This document shows, piece by piece, positions 36,773 to 46,513 of a DNA stretch of 64,000 bases. The notes under the pieces were generated by a model. That model worked only from the letters and a program-made list of their open reading frames with translations. It did not search any database and was not told the origin of the DNA. This DNA comes from a virus. The translations under genes and the position numbers were made by a program. Numbering within the stretch: the first letter of the stretch is position 1; every line of letters starts with the position of its first letter. The stretch covers positions 32,001 through 96,000 of the IMG/VR virus record IMGVR_UViG_3300031954_000001, one strand, 5' to 3'.

Positions 36773-37612
36773 TCAGCAGCCATCGTAGGGCGCCCAGTCT
36801 GAGTACCCGCGAGAAGCGACCGCGTTGGCGAAAACCTGGTTCTGCTCGGCTGCGCTGGCGTGCCCGTAGTCTGCCGGGTTACCGCCGCTCGCGGCCCAGG
36901 TTGAGGCCGAGAACTGGTAGAGCCCGTAATGCCCGTTCGGGTTCCATGCCTGCGCGTTGCCTCCCGATTCGCGAGCGATAATGCACGCCTGCCGGGAGCC
37001 GGACATCCCGCCGCCTCCGCCGCCGGAGCTGGCCGGCGCGGCCTGCTGGACGGGAGCTGAAGCCGGGGCCTGGCTGACCGGGGCTGCGGAAGACCGGGTG
37101 CCGCAGGCCACGTCCCAGCCGTCGCCGTCACCGTCACCGCAGAAGTTCGGGAATCCGTAGCTGACGCCCCACACCTTCCCGCCGGATCCGCCGCTGACCC
37201 GCACCGCAGACACCGTGCCGGCTGACCGGTAGCAGGAGACGTGCCACAGCGTGGCCCCGGCGAGGATGAGGTCAGGATCGGCGATGCCGTTGGCGGCGGC
37301 CAGCCCGGTGTAGTCGGCGGGGTTCCCGCACAGCCGGGCCGCGATCCCGGACAGGGTGTCGCCGAGCCGGATCCGGTACGCCGACGCGGCCTGGGCCGCG
37401 GATGGCCGGGTGACCGCGGTCAGGACGGCGGCGCCGCGGGGCGTCCCGGCGGGGCGGGGCGGTGCCGTCACCGCGGTCGCCGTGAGGGCGGCGGGAAGGG
37501 CCGCGGCGATCAGGGCCGGGACGGCGGCCAGCCAGGCCAGCCGCAGGTGCCCGCGCCGGGAAAAAAGCCTGCCGGCAGGCAGCGCGCGATGATGCGCGGA
37601 GGCGGTATTCAT
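36773..37612 (-). CDS. Secreted LysM + resuscitation-promoting-factor-like transglycosylase
   Basis: Signal-like N-terminus; LysM GDTLSGIA...N.I.DPDLI; Rpf CIIARESGGN...GLYQF...TW...EQ. Confidence 0.88.
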   Translation of the reverse strand: MNTASAHHRALPAGRLFSRRGHLRLAWLAAVPALIAAALPAALTATAVTAPPRPAGTPRGAAVLTAVTRPSAAQAASAYRIRLGDTLSGIAARLCGNPADYTGLAAANGIADPDLILAGATLWHVSCYRSAGTVSAVRVSGGSGGKVWGVSYGFPNFCGDGDGDGWDVACGTRSSAAPVSQAPASAPVQQAAPASSGGGGGGMSGSRQACIIARESGGNAQAWNPNGHYGLYQFSASTWAASGGNPADYGHASAAEQNQVFANAVASRGYSDWAPYDGC

Positions 37613-37731
37613 CTGTATCCTCATGGCAGAGATGGCCGCCAGGCGGGGTGATTCTCAAGGTCGGCCCCGCGAGGCGCTTGTCCTCACCGACGCTAGCAGG
37701 ATGGCTTCGGCTGCTCTAGCTTTCGCGGTGT

Positions 37732-37773
37732 AAAAGAGGGAGCCCTGGGCCTCTGCTGGCCCTGGGCTCTCTC
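37732..37773 (-). terminator. Intrinsic terminator-like hairpin with U-tract
   Basis: GAGAGAGCCCAGGGCC-loop-GGCCCAGGGCTCCCTC-TTTT on the minus strand. Confidence 0.65.
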
Positions 37774-37869
37774 GCTGCCACAGGCGTTACGGCTGAGATG
37801 GCTCGTATCCGGCCCGGCTGGCTGCCGCGGGCATGGTCTTACGGTACCGCTGGGGCGCAGGAGGCGGCG

Positions 37870-38172
37870 TCAGCGGGACCCGGGCCATGCCCCGCCGACC
37901 GCGCCGGGGATCCGGAACCCGGGCAGGATCACGCAGTCATCCGGCATGTGCCCGTCCGGCGGGTCCCGCACGAACAGCTCGAACCCCTGGCCGCGGCGCA
38001 GCAGGAAGTCCTCGGCGGGCACGGCGAGCCACGCCACGCAGCCGGGCTCGTCCTGGTCCTCGTCGCGCAGCGCGATGCAGCGGATATCCCGGCCCCCGGT
38101 GCGCAGGACGATGCCCGAGGGCGGCTCCGGGTTCTCCGGCACCTGCGGTCGCCTGAACAGCCGCCACCTCAT
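37870..38172 (-). CDS. Hypothetical protein
   Basis: TACCAT-N7-ATG, probably leaderless. Confidence 0.55.
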   Translation of the reverse strand: MRWRLFRRPQVPENPEPPSGIVLRTGGRDIRCIALRDEDQDEPGCVAWLAVPAEDFLLRRGQGFELFVRDPPDGHMPDDCVILPGFRIPGAVGGAWPGSR

Positions 38173-38197
38173 ACTGCCGATGGTAGCTCCCGGGATG

Positions 38198-39025
38198 TCA
38201 CCGCGCGTTGACGTCCCCGATCCCGGACCAGGCCCAGCTGCCCTGCAGCCACTTCTTGCGGTACTTGCAGGGCTTCTTGGACCCGTTGGTGTAGGTAATC
38301 TCAACCCACCAGTCGGAGCTGATGGAGATGCCGGCGCCGCTCAGGGCACCGTTCTGGCCCGGGTCTATGGCTCCCCAGTTTGCCCACCCGGGCGGGAAGT
38401 ACAGGACCTGCCCGCTCTCGGACAGGCAGGCGTAATGCGTAACGCCATCGGGGTCATTCGCTCCTGATACCACGTTGTCTCCTATCGCTTGCGGTGCCGG
38501 GGCCGAGCCTCCGCCGCCGCCCCAATTCTTGGCCTTGTCGATGACGACATCCATCGGGAACCCGGACCCGCAGTCGCTGTGACCCGACCCCCAGGAGCCG
38601 AAGTTGACGTGCTGGCAGATCCCGCGCACATCGGGGTTCTGTGCCTGGGTGCTGCTCAGCAGGGTCCACGGAACGCTGTACTTGTCCACCATGTAGCGGC
38701 ACCACTCCGCCGCGTTGTCCAGCAGGACCGGCTTGGACAGCCAGGTGTCCCGCGACCACGAGGCGTACGCGCACATCTCCAGGGACAGGCAGTACGGGTT
38801 GGCGTTGCCCTGGGTCCACGCCTTGTAGTTCTCGTAGACGTACGCGCCGAGGGTCCGCTTGTACTGGTCGGCGCCATGATGGCTTGAGCACTGCGCGGAC
38901 GGGTTGGCGAACCAGCTGCCCAGCGACTCGATCGTCATCGCGCCTTCGGTGGTGTGGAAGACGATCTTGTTGTACGGCCCGCGCGTGGTGGAGTAGTGCT
39001 GAGACGGGTACCACAGCTCGTCCAT
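38198..39025 (-). CDS. Endolysin 2: Zn-dependent N-acetylmuramoyl-L-alanine amidase plus shared C-terminal domain
   Basis: IVFHTTEG, SSH, LE.C, QH...HSDCG; adjacent to holin. Confidence 0.9.
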   Translation of the reverse strand: MDELWYPSQHYSTTRGPYNKIVFHTTEGAMTIESLGSWFANPSAQCSSHHGADQYKRTLGAYVYENYKAWTQGNANPYCLSLEMCAYASWSRDTWLSKPVLLDNAAEWCRYMVDKYSVPWTLLSSTQAQNPDVRGICQHVNFGSWGSGHSDCGSGFPMDVVIDKAKNWGGGGGSAPAPQAIGDNVVSGANDPDGVTHYACLSESGQVLYFPPGWANWGAIDPGQNGALSGAGISISSDWWVEITYTNGSKKPCKYRKKWLQGSWAWSGIGDVNAR

Positions 39026-39298
39026 CTACCGCTCGCCTCCCGGGTCCTCATCCGGGTGATCCCGCGCCCAGCTTTCCAGGAACGCCCGGTAGGCCCGGTC
39101 CCGCCCGGCGAACCGGTCATCGCCGCGGGCCGTCCCCCACGGCTCGGCCTGCTGGTCCGGCGGCGGTTCCCGGGACGGCCGGGGCAGCTCCAGCTCCACC
39201 TCGCCGGCGTCCAGCTCCTCGCTGGTGAACGTCTCGCCGGACCGGACGATCCTGCGGTCCCGGTGGTGCCGCCGGCGGATCCTGTCTCCTATCGGCAT
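39026..39298 (-). CDS. Hypothetical protein in the lysis cassette
   Basis: High GC3 frame; stop abuts the lysin ATG. Confidence 0.55.
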   Translation of the reverse strand: MPIGDRIRRRHHRDRRIVRSGETFTSEELDAGEVELELPRPSREPPPDQQAEPWGTARGDDRFAGRDRAYRAFLESWARDHPDEDPGGER

Positions 39299-39301
39299 CG
39301 G

Positions 39302-39568
39302 TCATCTCCCCTCTCCGTGTTTCCCGTTGCCATTATCGCCGTTCCGGTTCTTGACCCGTGCTCCGATGTAGCTGCCCAGCACGCCGATCAGGCCGCCGAT
39401 GAGCGCGATGATCACCTGCGTGGCGTTCTCGCCGAGGGTCTGGGTCGGGGTCTGGTGCGAGATGACGTTGACGAGCACGACGACCATGAGCAGAACGACC
39501 GCGAGTCCCAGCGCGACCGCGAGGATCAGCGCGACCAGGTCGACGGTTACCCGGCGACGCTCGCTCAT
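39302..39568 (-). CDS. Holin (2 TM)
   Basis: Two hydrophobic helices, charged C-terminus, next to the lysin. Confidence 0.7.
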   Translation of the reverse strand: MSERRRVTVDLVALILAVALGLAVVLLMVVVLVNVISHQTPTQTLGENATQVIIALIGGLIGVLGSYIGARVKNRNGDNGNGKHGEGR

Positions 39569-40998
39569 CAGCCGAACCCCGGGTACATCGCGGTGATCAG
39601 CGTGGCCATGTCGAACCGGGCGCCCTGCAGCGGGGTCACCGTGGCCGTGTAGGTGTCGTCATCGAACTCGTACTGCCCGGTCATGAACGTGATCGGGGCC
39701 ATCGCCACCTCGCCGCCGTACGGCGCGTCGGTGACCATCAGCTGCATGAGCGTGCCGGCCTTCTCGCAGCCCAGGTCAACCGGCGTGCCCCCGGCGTTGA
39801 GCAGCTGCCCGGGGCCGACCGTGAACGGGCCCGCGAACGAGGCGCGCACGTACTTGGCCAGGATGTTCTGCCCGATCTGGGTCACCTGGGCCTGGGTCAG
39901 CACGCCGGCCGAGCTAGTGTCCAGGTAGTATTCCATGACCCCGTGGGCCGCGACCGACGCCGCCTGCTGCACCGTGACCGTGCCGTAGGTAGCCGGCTGG
40001 GCCTGGGCGGTGGACGTGGACTGCACGTCGGGGCTGGACTGGTAGCGGATGATCAGCGTGTTGATGTCGGCGGCGATGGTCCGCGGCACGGGCGTGTGGC
40101 TAATCAGGATCCGCCCGGGCGGGTACTGCGGCTGGCCGTAGACGTTCTGCGGCAGGCCGAACACCGCCAGCTGCCACGGCCCGGCCGGGACCCCGGTCAC
40201 CCCGGGCGGGATCACCATCCAGGTCAGCGCGCCCCCGGTGCAGGCCAGGTGCAGGAACGCGGTGATCGTCTGCGCGCCGGAATCGACGGCCTGGGAGTAG
40301 TAGATGCCGGCCGGGGAGCCCACCCCCGGGTTGGCCCAGCGCAGCCCGCGCCCGATCGCGGCGTTGATCGCGTTGTCCAGGGTGTACGCGGTCCAGACGG
40401 CGGTGAAGTCGGCGCCGTACTGCCCGGCCCCGTGCGCGGTGATCGTCCAGCCGTCCGTGCCGGGCTGCGGCTCGTCCAGCTTGCCCTCCCAGACGCAGTT
40501 GGCGCCGCGGAACACCTGCACGACGCGGCCGGGGTTGACCGCGTCGGTCCGGAAGTCGGGCGGCAGCCGCAGCAGGCAGCTCATCGTATCCGGGCCGCCC
40601 GGGCAGGTGAAACCGTACTTCAGCGCGCTGACGTGGCCGATCGCGCCGAGCCATTTCGCCGCGTACGGGACCGGGATACTCGTGGCGACGTCCCCGCTGG
40701 CCGGCTGGACCTGCGGCAGCGGCAGGAAGACCACGTTGACGTAGCCCGCGTACGGGGCGGGGACCTGCTGGACGGTGAACAGCGTCGGCTCCTTCAGCGT
40801 GCCCCCGGACCACAGCTGGAAGGTATCGCCCTGCTGCACCGAGGCGGCCTGGGCCGTGGTGAGGACGACGTACGCGGTGTCCGCGTCGGCGTCGGCATCC
40901 GGGTCGGCGAAGCCGCCGCCGGCCGCGCTGAACGACCAGGCGGGCCGCTGCGGTGCGAACGTTACCACCTGGCTGGCAGACGTGCGTTCGAGTGCCAT
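39568..40998 (-). CDS. Minor tail / baseplate hub-like protein
   Basis: Position; G..V.VF.G...VWEG motif. Confidence 0.7.
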   Translation of the reverse strand: MALERTSASQVVTFAPQRPAWSFSAAGGGFADPDADADADTAYVVLTTAQAASVQQGDTFQLWSGGTLKEPTLFTVQQVPAPYAGYVNVVFLPLPQVQPASGDVATSIPVPYAAKWLGAIGHVSALKYGFTCPGGPDTMSCLLRLPPDFRTDAVNPGRVVQVFRGANCVWEGKLDEPQPGTDGWTITAHGAGQYGADFTAVWTAYTLDNAINAAIGRGLRWANPGVGSPAGIYYSQAVDSGAQTITAFLHLACTGGALTWMVIPPGVTGVPAGPWQLAVFGLPQNVYGQPQYPPGRILISHTPVPRTIAADINTLIIRYQSSPDVQSTSTAQAQPATYGTVTVQQAASVAAHGVMEYYLDTSSAGVLTQAQVTQIGQNILAKYVRASFAGPFTVGPGQLLNAGGTPVDLGCEKAGTLMQLMVTDAPYGGEVAMAPITFMTGQYEFDDDTYTATVTPLQGARFDMATLITAMYPGFG

Positions 40999-41013
40999 AA
41001 GCTACTTCCCACC

Positions 41014-41313
41014 TCAGCGTCCGCCCCAATAAGCGGCGCCGTTCTGCTCGTAATTGAGCAACGGGGCTGCGGTGACACCCGTGTAGTGCTGGTCCAGGTC
41101 GTGGTGCTGGTCCAGCGTGGCGATCAGCGCGTCGGCGTCGGCCGTGGTCATGCCGAGGCCGTCCGGGGCGGCGGCGGTCAGGAACGTCACGCCGCCCATC
41201 GCGGTGATGTAGTCGCGCTTGTTCTCCAGGGCGCCGAAGCTGTCCCGGACCCCGGTGAGGAACGTGGCGATGTCGCCGAGGAACTGGCCCTGGTTGGGCA
41301 CGTTGGTGGCCAT
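41014..41313 (-). CDS. Small tail-associated protein
   Basis: AGGAGG RBS; position. Confidence 0.65.
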   Translation of the reverse strand: MATNVPNQGQFLGDIATFLTGVRDSFGALENKRDYITAMGGVTFLTAAAPDGLGMTTADADALIATLDQHHDLDQHYTGVTAAPLLNYEQNGAAYWGGR

Positions 41314-41320
41314 GAGCCTC

Positions 41321-43207
41321 CTAGCTCTGGATGAGTCCGGTACTGTCCAGCGGGAACCGGCCGAAGATGCCGATGACGGTCTGCGCGAGCGAGGTCGGCA
41401 GGAAGTTGAGTGTCAGCGTCCCGTTCGGGTTGATCGTGAGCACGGGGGTGGCCGCGCCGTCCGCCACGGCCGTGAGCACGAGCTGGACGGCGTGGTTCGG
41501 CCGGTAGCCGGCGGGCAGCGTGTAGAAGATCGTGCCGTTGTAGTTGCCGGTCGTCCCGGGGGACTGCACCTTTCCGGCGAACTCGACGCAGCCGTCCGCG
41601 GTGAGCCGGTACTGCGGCGGCAGCTGGCCGCTGATCGTGCCGACGAACGAACCGGACAGCGGGCGCATGTCGTGCCAGGTCTCCACGACAGACGGGCTTG
41701 ACCCGGGCTGGATCGCCTGGACGTTGCCGGTGTAGCCGGAGCCGAACGCGTTGCCGGCCGCGTCGGTGCCGGCCGCGGGCTGCAGCGCGGCGGTGAGCAC
41801 GCCGGCGACGGTGTAGGTGATGATGACCCGGCCGTCGCAGCCCGCGCCCGCCTGGACCGGCGCGGTCCCGGTGTGCCAGTTGACGGTGATCAGCGGGTTC
41901 TGGGCGTTGTCGCCGCCGGCGCCGTACATGTAGCCGTAGTTGTTCAGGTTGTACGCGCTGCCCGGGCCGAGGCTGATCGACTGGGCCGCCCCGGAGGCCA
42001 GGGCGGTGCCCAGCCCGGCGCCGGTCAGGTCGGTGGTGACCGGGTTGCCGCCCTGCCACCAGGTCTTGACCGCGGTGATGCCGCCGCCGTTCCAGCTCAG
42101 CGGGGTGGACGTGCGGCCGGTGTAGCCGAGGATGACGTAGGCGCCGCTGCCGTACCAGGTGTGCAGCCACTCCAGCCGGATGGTGACCTGGTCGATCGTC
42201 TTGCCGGACAGGTCGGACTGGGCGTTGCCGCCGATGATGCCGAGAGATTTCATGGTGCCGTTGTAGGAGCCGCCGGAGGCCGTCTCGCCGCCCTGGTACA
42301 TGCTCCCGCCGACCCCGGACCGCCAGGCGTTGGCGTTACCGCCCGTGGCGTCGGAACCGTAGTAGGTGGCCGAGTTGTTCAGCCGGTACTGGTTCTGCCC
42401 GGTGGCCGCCGAGGTGGACGCGCCGGCGCCCCCGCCCCCGCCGCCCGACTGCACGGACGCGGAGCCGCTGGCCGCGCTGTTGCCGCCCGCGCCGCCGGCG
42501 CCGCCGGGAGGGTTGCCCGCGCCGCCGGCCGCGCCCGTCGCCGATCCCGAGGTGGACCCGCCGGTCCCGCCCGCGGTCGCGCCGCCCGCGCCGCCGCCGC
42601 CGCAGCCCCCGGTGCCCTGGTTGTTCGCGCCGCCGCCCGGTGCGCCCGGCCGCGCGACGCTGTTGGGGCTGTGCTGGTTGCCCGAGGGGCTGTTGTTGGC
42701 GTTGCCGAACCCGGTGCCGCCGCCCGGCCCCCCGGTGAACCCCGTCCCGGCCAGGCCGCCGTTGGCGAACACCCCGGCGGGCAGGCCCAGGCCAGCCGTG
42801 TCGAAAATGGTGTCAGACCCGTTCTGGCCGCCGTAGCCCGTGGTCCCGCCGTTGCCGCCGTTGCCGACCACGTACGTGTAGACCTGGCCGGGCACCACCG
42901 GGTAGGCGGGCTCGGCCGCGTACTCACCGCCCCCGCCGCCCTCGCCGCCCTTCGCGGAGCTGCCGCCCCCGCCGCCCGCCCCCGCCCCGACGCACTCGAC
43001 CTTGGCCGTGGTCACGCCGGCCGGGCAGGTCCACGTGTACGTGCCGTTCGCGGCCTGGGAGACCTGCCCGGGGTTCTGGCCGTAGACCAGGGACGGCGGG
43101 ACGGCGGGGTGGGTGGCGATGTGCTGGATCAGCCGGGCCTCAACGTCCTTGCCCTTGGCCGCCGTGGAGTTGGGCAGCAGGTTGGGGTTCTGGCCCGGGG
43201 TGGTCAT
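41321..43207 (-). CDS. Glycine-rich minor tail/fibre protein
   Basis: T.T.PAGV....VEC.GAG.GG repeats; C-terminal TLPAGYRP fibre motif. Confidence 0.8.
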   Translation of the reverse strand: MTTPGQNPNLLPNSTAAKGKDVEARLIQHIATHPAVPPSLVYGQNPGQVSQAANGTYTWTCPAGVTTAKVECVGAGAGGGGGSSAKGGEGGGGGEYAAEPAYPVVPGQVYTYVVGNGGNGGTTGYGGQNGSDTIFDTAGLGLPAGVFANGGLAGTGFTGGPGGGTGFGNANNSPSGNQHSPNSVARPGAPGGGANNQGTGGCGGGGAGGATAGGTGGSTSGSATGAAGGAGNPPGGAGGAGGNSAASGSASVQSGGGGGGAGASTSAATGQNQYRLNNSATYYGSDATGGNANAWRSGVGGSMYQGGETASGGSYNGTMKSLGIIGGNAQSDLSGKTIDQVTIRLEWLHTWYGSGAYVILGYTGRTSTPLSWNGGGITAVKTWWQGGNPVTTDLTGAGLGTALASGAAQSISLGPGSAYNLNNYGYMYGAGGDNAQNPLITVNWHTGTAPVQAGAGCDGRVIITYTVAGVLTAALQPAAGTDAAGNAFGSGYTGNVQAIQPGSSPSVVETWHDMRPLSGSFVGTISGQLPPQYRLTADGCVEFAGKVQSPGTTGNYNGTIFYTLPAGYRPNHAVQLVLTAVADGAATPVLTINPNGTLTLNFLPTSLAQTVIGIFGRFPLDSTGLIQS

Positions 43208-43249
43208 GGCCGCCCGCCCGGGCTCGCGTAAACTGATGTGGTACTCATG

Positions 43250-46200
43250 TTACACAAGGCGATCGGAATACCAGCGCGGCAAATATGAGACTGCCAAGTT
43301 TGGTGCGCCTGACGGTGAATAACACAAGAATGTATTATCACCGGGGTTCAGGTATAGTGGCCCGCCCGAGACGATGCAGGAGTCCAGGCAGCTGATCGCC
43401 TGGGAACGGTCCAGGTTGGATCCCATGATCCGGCCCAGGTCCCGGTCGGATGTCGGCTCGTCCACGAGGAAGTTGACGTACGCGTTGCCGGGCGGGATGT
43501 TGACGATGACGGTCTGCCCCTGGGTGTCGAGGAACAGGACATCCAGGAACTGGTCGGCCTGGTCGGTGTCGGTGACCGAGACGGCGTAGTACGCGCTGGT
43601 GTTGGAGGGGTCCATGTCCTTGACCGGGAGGGTGACCTCGCCCATCACGATCAGCCCGTTGGTGATGTCGGTGGAGGGCGTGATCGACCGGGTCAGCTGC
43701 GTGGTCCAGACCGGGCCGTTGGCGTACTCGTACTGGTAGACCGACAGGGTGACCTGCCGGACGGCGGAAGGGTTGTCCCAGGTGAAGTTCATCAGGACGA
43801 CGCTGTAGGTGCCGCGGTACAGCGAGTTGACCCCGGAGATCACCTGCGGCACGGTGTACTGCCGGCCGTCCGGGTTGTCCGCCGGGTAGACCGGCACGCA
43901 CGGGTTCAGGTTCTCCGGGGCGTCCGGGCCGGGCCGGTGGGCGATCAGCGTGCCGAACGGGGCCAGTGGCGGGGTCCAGGTCAGCACGATGCTGCCGGCC
44001 CCGCCTGTCCCGCCGGGCTGCGCGGCCGTGTTCATGTACGCGCCCCCGCCCCCGCCGCCGGGCGGGGAATTGCTCTGGCCCGGCGTATCGGCCGCCGTGG
44101 CGCCGTTAGCGCCCTTGCCGCCGCCGGCCACGGCCGCTGCTCCCGCGCCGCCGGACGCGCCGGCCGCGCCGTTGTTCCCGATGGCGGCCGACCCGCCCGA
44201 TCCGGCCCCGCCGCCGCCGGCCGGCGACCCGCCCAGGCCGCCGTTGCCCCCGGTGAAGTGCGCCGAGTTGGTGCTGCCGCCCGCCCCGGTCCCGTTCGTG
44301 GCGGAGTTCAGCGGAGCCGACCCGCCGCCGTGCGCGGTGACCACGGTCCCGGTGGTCCCGGCTGACCCGAACGTGGTGCTCCCGCCGTTCACCGGGTTCC
44401 CGGACGCGACGATGTAGGTGACCCGGACCTGCCCGGTGGCCCCGTTGCCGCCGCCGCCGTTGTAGCTGGTGCTGAAACCTCCGCCGCCGCCTCCGCCCGG
44501 GGCGCTGGCGTACCCGGGCCAGCCATTGGCCGGAGAGCCCGCGCCGCCCGCGCCGCCGCCGGCTACCGCGCTGGCCCCGGTGCCGCCCGTGTTCCCCGAG
44601 GCCGCGCCGCCCGTGTTGCCGGCTGCCGCGGTGCCGCCGGAGCCGCCGCCCCCGCCGCCGCCGGCGTTCGGCGCGGTGCCGCCCGTGCCGCCGTTGCTGT
44701 GGGTGGTGTTCGCGGACCCGGACCCGCCGGCGCCGCCCGTGGTCCCGCCCAGCAGGCCGGTGAGGCCGCCGTGCGCGACGACGGCCACCGTGGTGGTCAG
44801 CGGCGAGCCGAACGTCGTGGTGTTGCCGTTGCGCTGCTGGATCGTGCCGTAGCCGGGCAGGTTCCCGGCCCCGGAACCGGGGCTGCCGATGGTGAACGGG
44901 ATCCGGTTACCGGGCACGACGGTCAGCGAGGCCTCGGTGGCGTACTCGCCGCCGCCCCCGCCGCCCCCGCCCGGCGCGCCGCCGGCCCCGGAGCCCCAGC
45001 ATTCGGCCTTGACCGTGGTGACGCCCGCGGGCACCAGCCAGGACCCGGCGCCGGGCGAGGTGAACACCACGACGTGCTGGGTGTCGCCGGGCGAGCCGCC
45101 CGCGCCGCAGGAGAACGGGACCGGGGTGCCGGCCGCGACGGCCAGCGAGGGTTCCCGCGCGTACTCCCCGCCGCCGCCGCCGCCGCCCTGGCCCGCGGTG
45201 GTGCGGCTGGATCCGGCGCCGCCGCCGCCGATCGCCTCGGCCTGCACGGTGGTCACTCCGAGCGGCGGCCACCAGGCCCCGGCGCCGGTCAGCTCGGTCT
45301 GCACCGGCCCGGCCTGCGGCAGCTGAAACTGGCAGGAGAACGGGGTCCGGGCGGTGCCGGCCGCGCCCATGATCGTGTAGATGGTGCCGCGCTGGGAGGC
45401 CGGGACGGACAGCGACGGCGGGTTGGCGACGATGTTGTCCAGCCAGGCGTGCAGCCGGATCAGCACCGTGGTGCCCTTGTAGGTGAAGTTGGAGATCCGG
45501 ACCGAGTAGGACGAGATCGCGTTGTAGTTGAAGCCGGGCACGCCCTGCGGGATGTTGGCGGTATGCCGGACCCAGGACGGGTTGGCCGCGTTGTTCGCCC
45601 AGCGCTGCCGGTTGTACGTGCGGGAGAAGTCGATGGTGTGGCCGCCGTTGTCGGTCAGCACCCAGGCCAGGGTCAGGTTGACGGTCATCGCCGGCCAGGG
45701 ACCGAAATGGGCCGTGTCGTAGGTCAGCCCGGCCCAGACCGACAGCACCGGCAGGCCGCTGATGTTCAGCGAGCCCAGGCCGCCCCTGGAGTAGGTGCAG
45801 GCCGAGCCCCAGGCCGCGGCCGGCGGGGTCCAGTGCGCGGAGGTGGGGCCGGTGACGTACTTCTGGGTGCTCGCGGTCCAGTTGGCGCCCGATACCGTGC
45901 CGAAGTTGTCAAGCACGACCGGGGCCGGCGGGGCCGCGATGCCGCCCAGCAGCGGGGAGGCGAACGCGACCTGCTGCAGCCCGTTCGGGTCGGACCGGCC
46001 GTACGGCAGCGCCTGGAAGTGCAGCGTGATCACCGTGACCGGCTGCTGGTTCATCAGGAAGCCGTAGGTGATGACCGTGGGCAGCGCCCGGAAGCAGTCG
46101 AACACGAGCGGCAGCCCGGTGGTGACCGGGGTCCAGGCCAGCTCCCAGGCCTGCTTGTCCACGGTGGCCATCAGGAACTCGCGGGCCGCGTTCATGGTCG

Positions 46201-46513
46201 GGATGTCCGGCGCGGTGATCTTGACGGGCAGGTGGATCTCGCGGTTGGACGCGCGGTACCCGAACGGGCGTTCGCCGTCCAGCAGCAGGGACTGGACGAT
46301 GTCGGTGGTCGGCTGCGGCGCGCCCAGGTCGTAGCTCATCCCGTAGGACAGCCCGGACCCGCCGCCCTGCGGCGGAGCAAGCAACTGGAAGACGGCGGCC
46401 TGCCCGGCGGCGTTAACCAGCTCGGGGATCATCGACGGGGTGCCGCCGGGCTGGCCCAATAGTTCGATCGCAGTGCCGATCGTCATCGAGTCGTACAAGC
46501 CGGGAGTCGTCAC
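43250..46513 (-). CDS. Distal-tail-like protein with glycine-rich inserts
   Basis: Directly after the TMP; NREI.LPV.I N-terminus, L.PG.N C-terminus. Confidence 0.75.
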   Translation of the reverse strand: MTTPGLYDSMTIGTAIELLGQPGGTPSMIPELVNAAGQAAVFQLLAPPQGGGSGLSYGMSYDLGAPQPTTDIVQSLLLDGERPFGYRASNREIHLPVKITAPDIPTMNAAREFLMATVDKQAWELAWTPVTTGLPLVFDCFRALPTVITYGFLMNQQPVTVITLHFQALPYGRSDPNGLQQVAFASPLLGGIAAPPAPVVLDNFGTVSGANWTASTQKYVTGPTSAHWTPPAAAWGSACTYSRGGLGSLNISGLPVLSVWAGLTYDTAHFGPWPAMTVNLTLAWVLTDNGGHTIDFSRTYNRQRWANNAANPSWVRHTANIPQGVPGFNYNAISSYSVRISNFTYKGTTVLIRLHAWLDNIVANPPSLSVPASQRGTIYTIMGAAGTARTPFSCQFQLPQAGPVQTELTGAGAWWPPLGVTTVQAEAIGGGGAGSSRTTAGQGGGGGGGEYAREPSLAVAAGTPVPFSCGAGGSPGDTQHVVVFTSPGAGSWLVPAGVTTVKAECWGSGAGGAPGGGGGGGGEYATEASLTVVPGNRIPFTIGSPGSGAGNLPGYGTIQQRNGNTTTFGSPLTTTVAVVAHGGLTGLLGGTTGGAGGSGSANTTHSNGGTGGTAPNAGGGGGGGSGGTAAAGNTGGAASGNTGGTGASAVAGGGAGGAGSPANGWPGYASAPGGGGGGGFSTSYNGGGGNGATGQVRVTYIVASGNPVNGGSTTFGSAGTTGTVVTAHGGGSAPLNSATNGTGAGGSTNSAHFTGGNGGLGGSPAGGGGAGSGGSAAIGNNGAAGASGGAGAAAVAGGGKGANGATAADTPGQSNSPPGGGGGGAYMNTAAQPGGTGGAGSIVLTWTPPLAPFGTLIAHRPGPDAPENLNPCVPVYPADNPDGRQYTVPQVISGVNSLYRGTYSVVLMNFTWDNPSAVRQVTLSVYQYEYANGPVWTTQLTRSITPSTDITNGLIVMGEVTLPVKDMDPSNTSAYYAVSVTDTDQADQFLDVLFLDTQGQTVIVNIPPGNAYVNFLVDEPTSDRDLGRIMGSNLDRSQAISCLDSCIVSGGPLYLNPGDNTFLCYSPSGAPNLAVSYLPRWYSDRLV

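Noticed and set aside
37625-37800. c-di-AMP (ydaO) riboswitch before rpf
   Set aside because: Its conserved GCUGAAUCC/GGGGAACC-type segments were not found by eye
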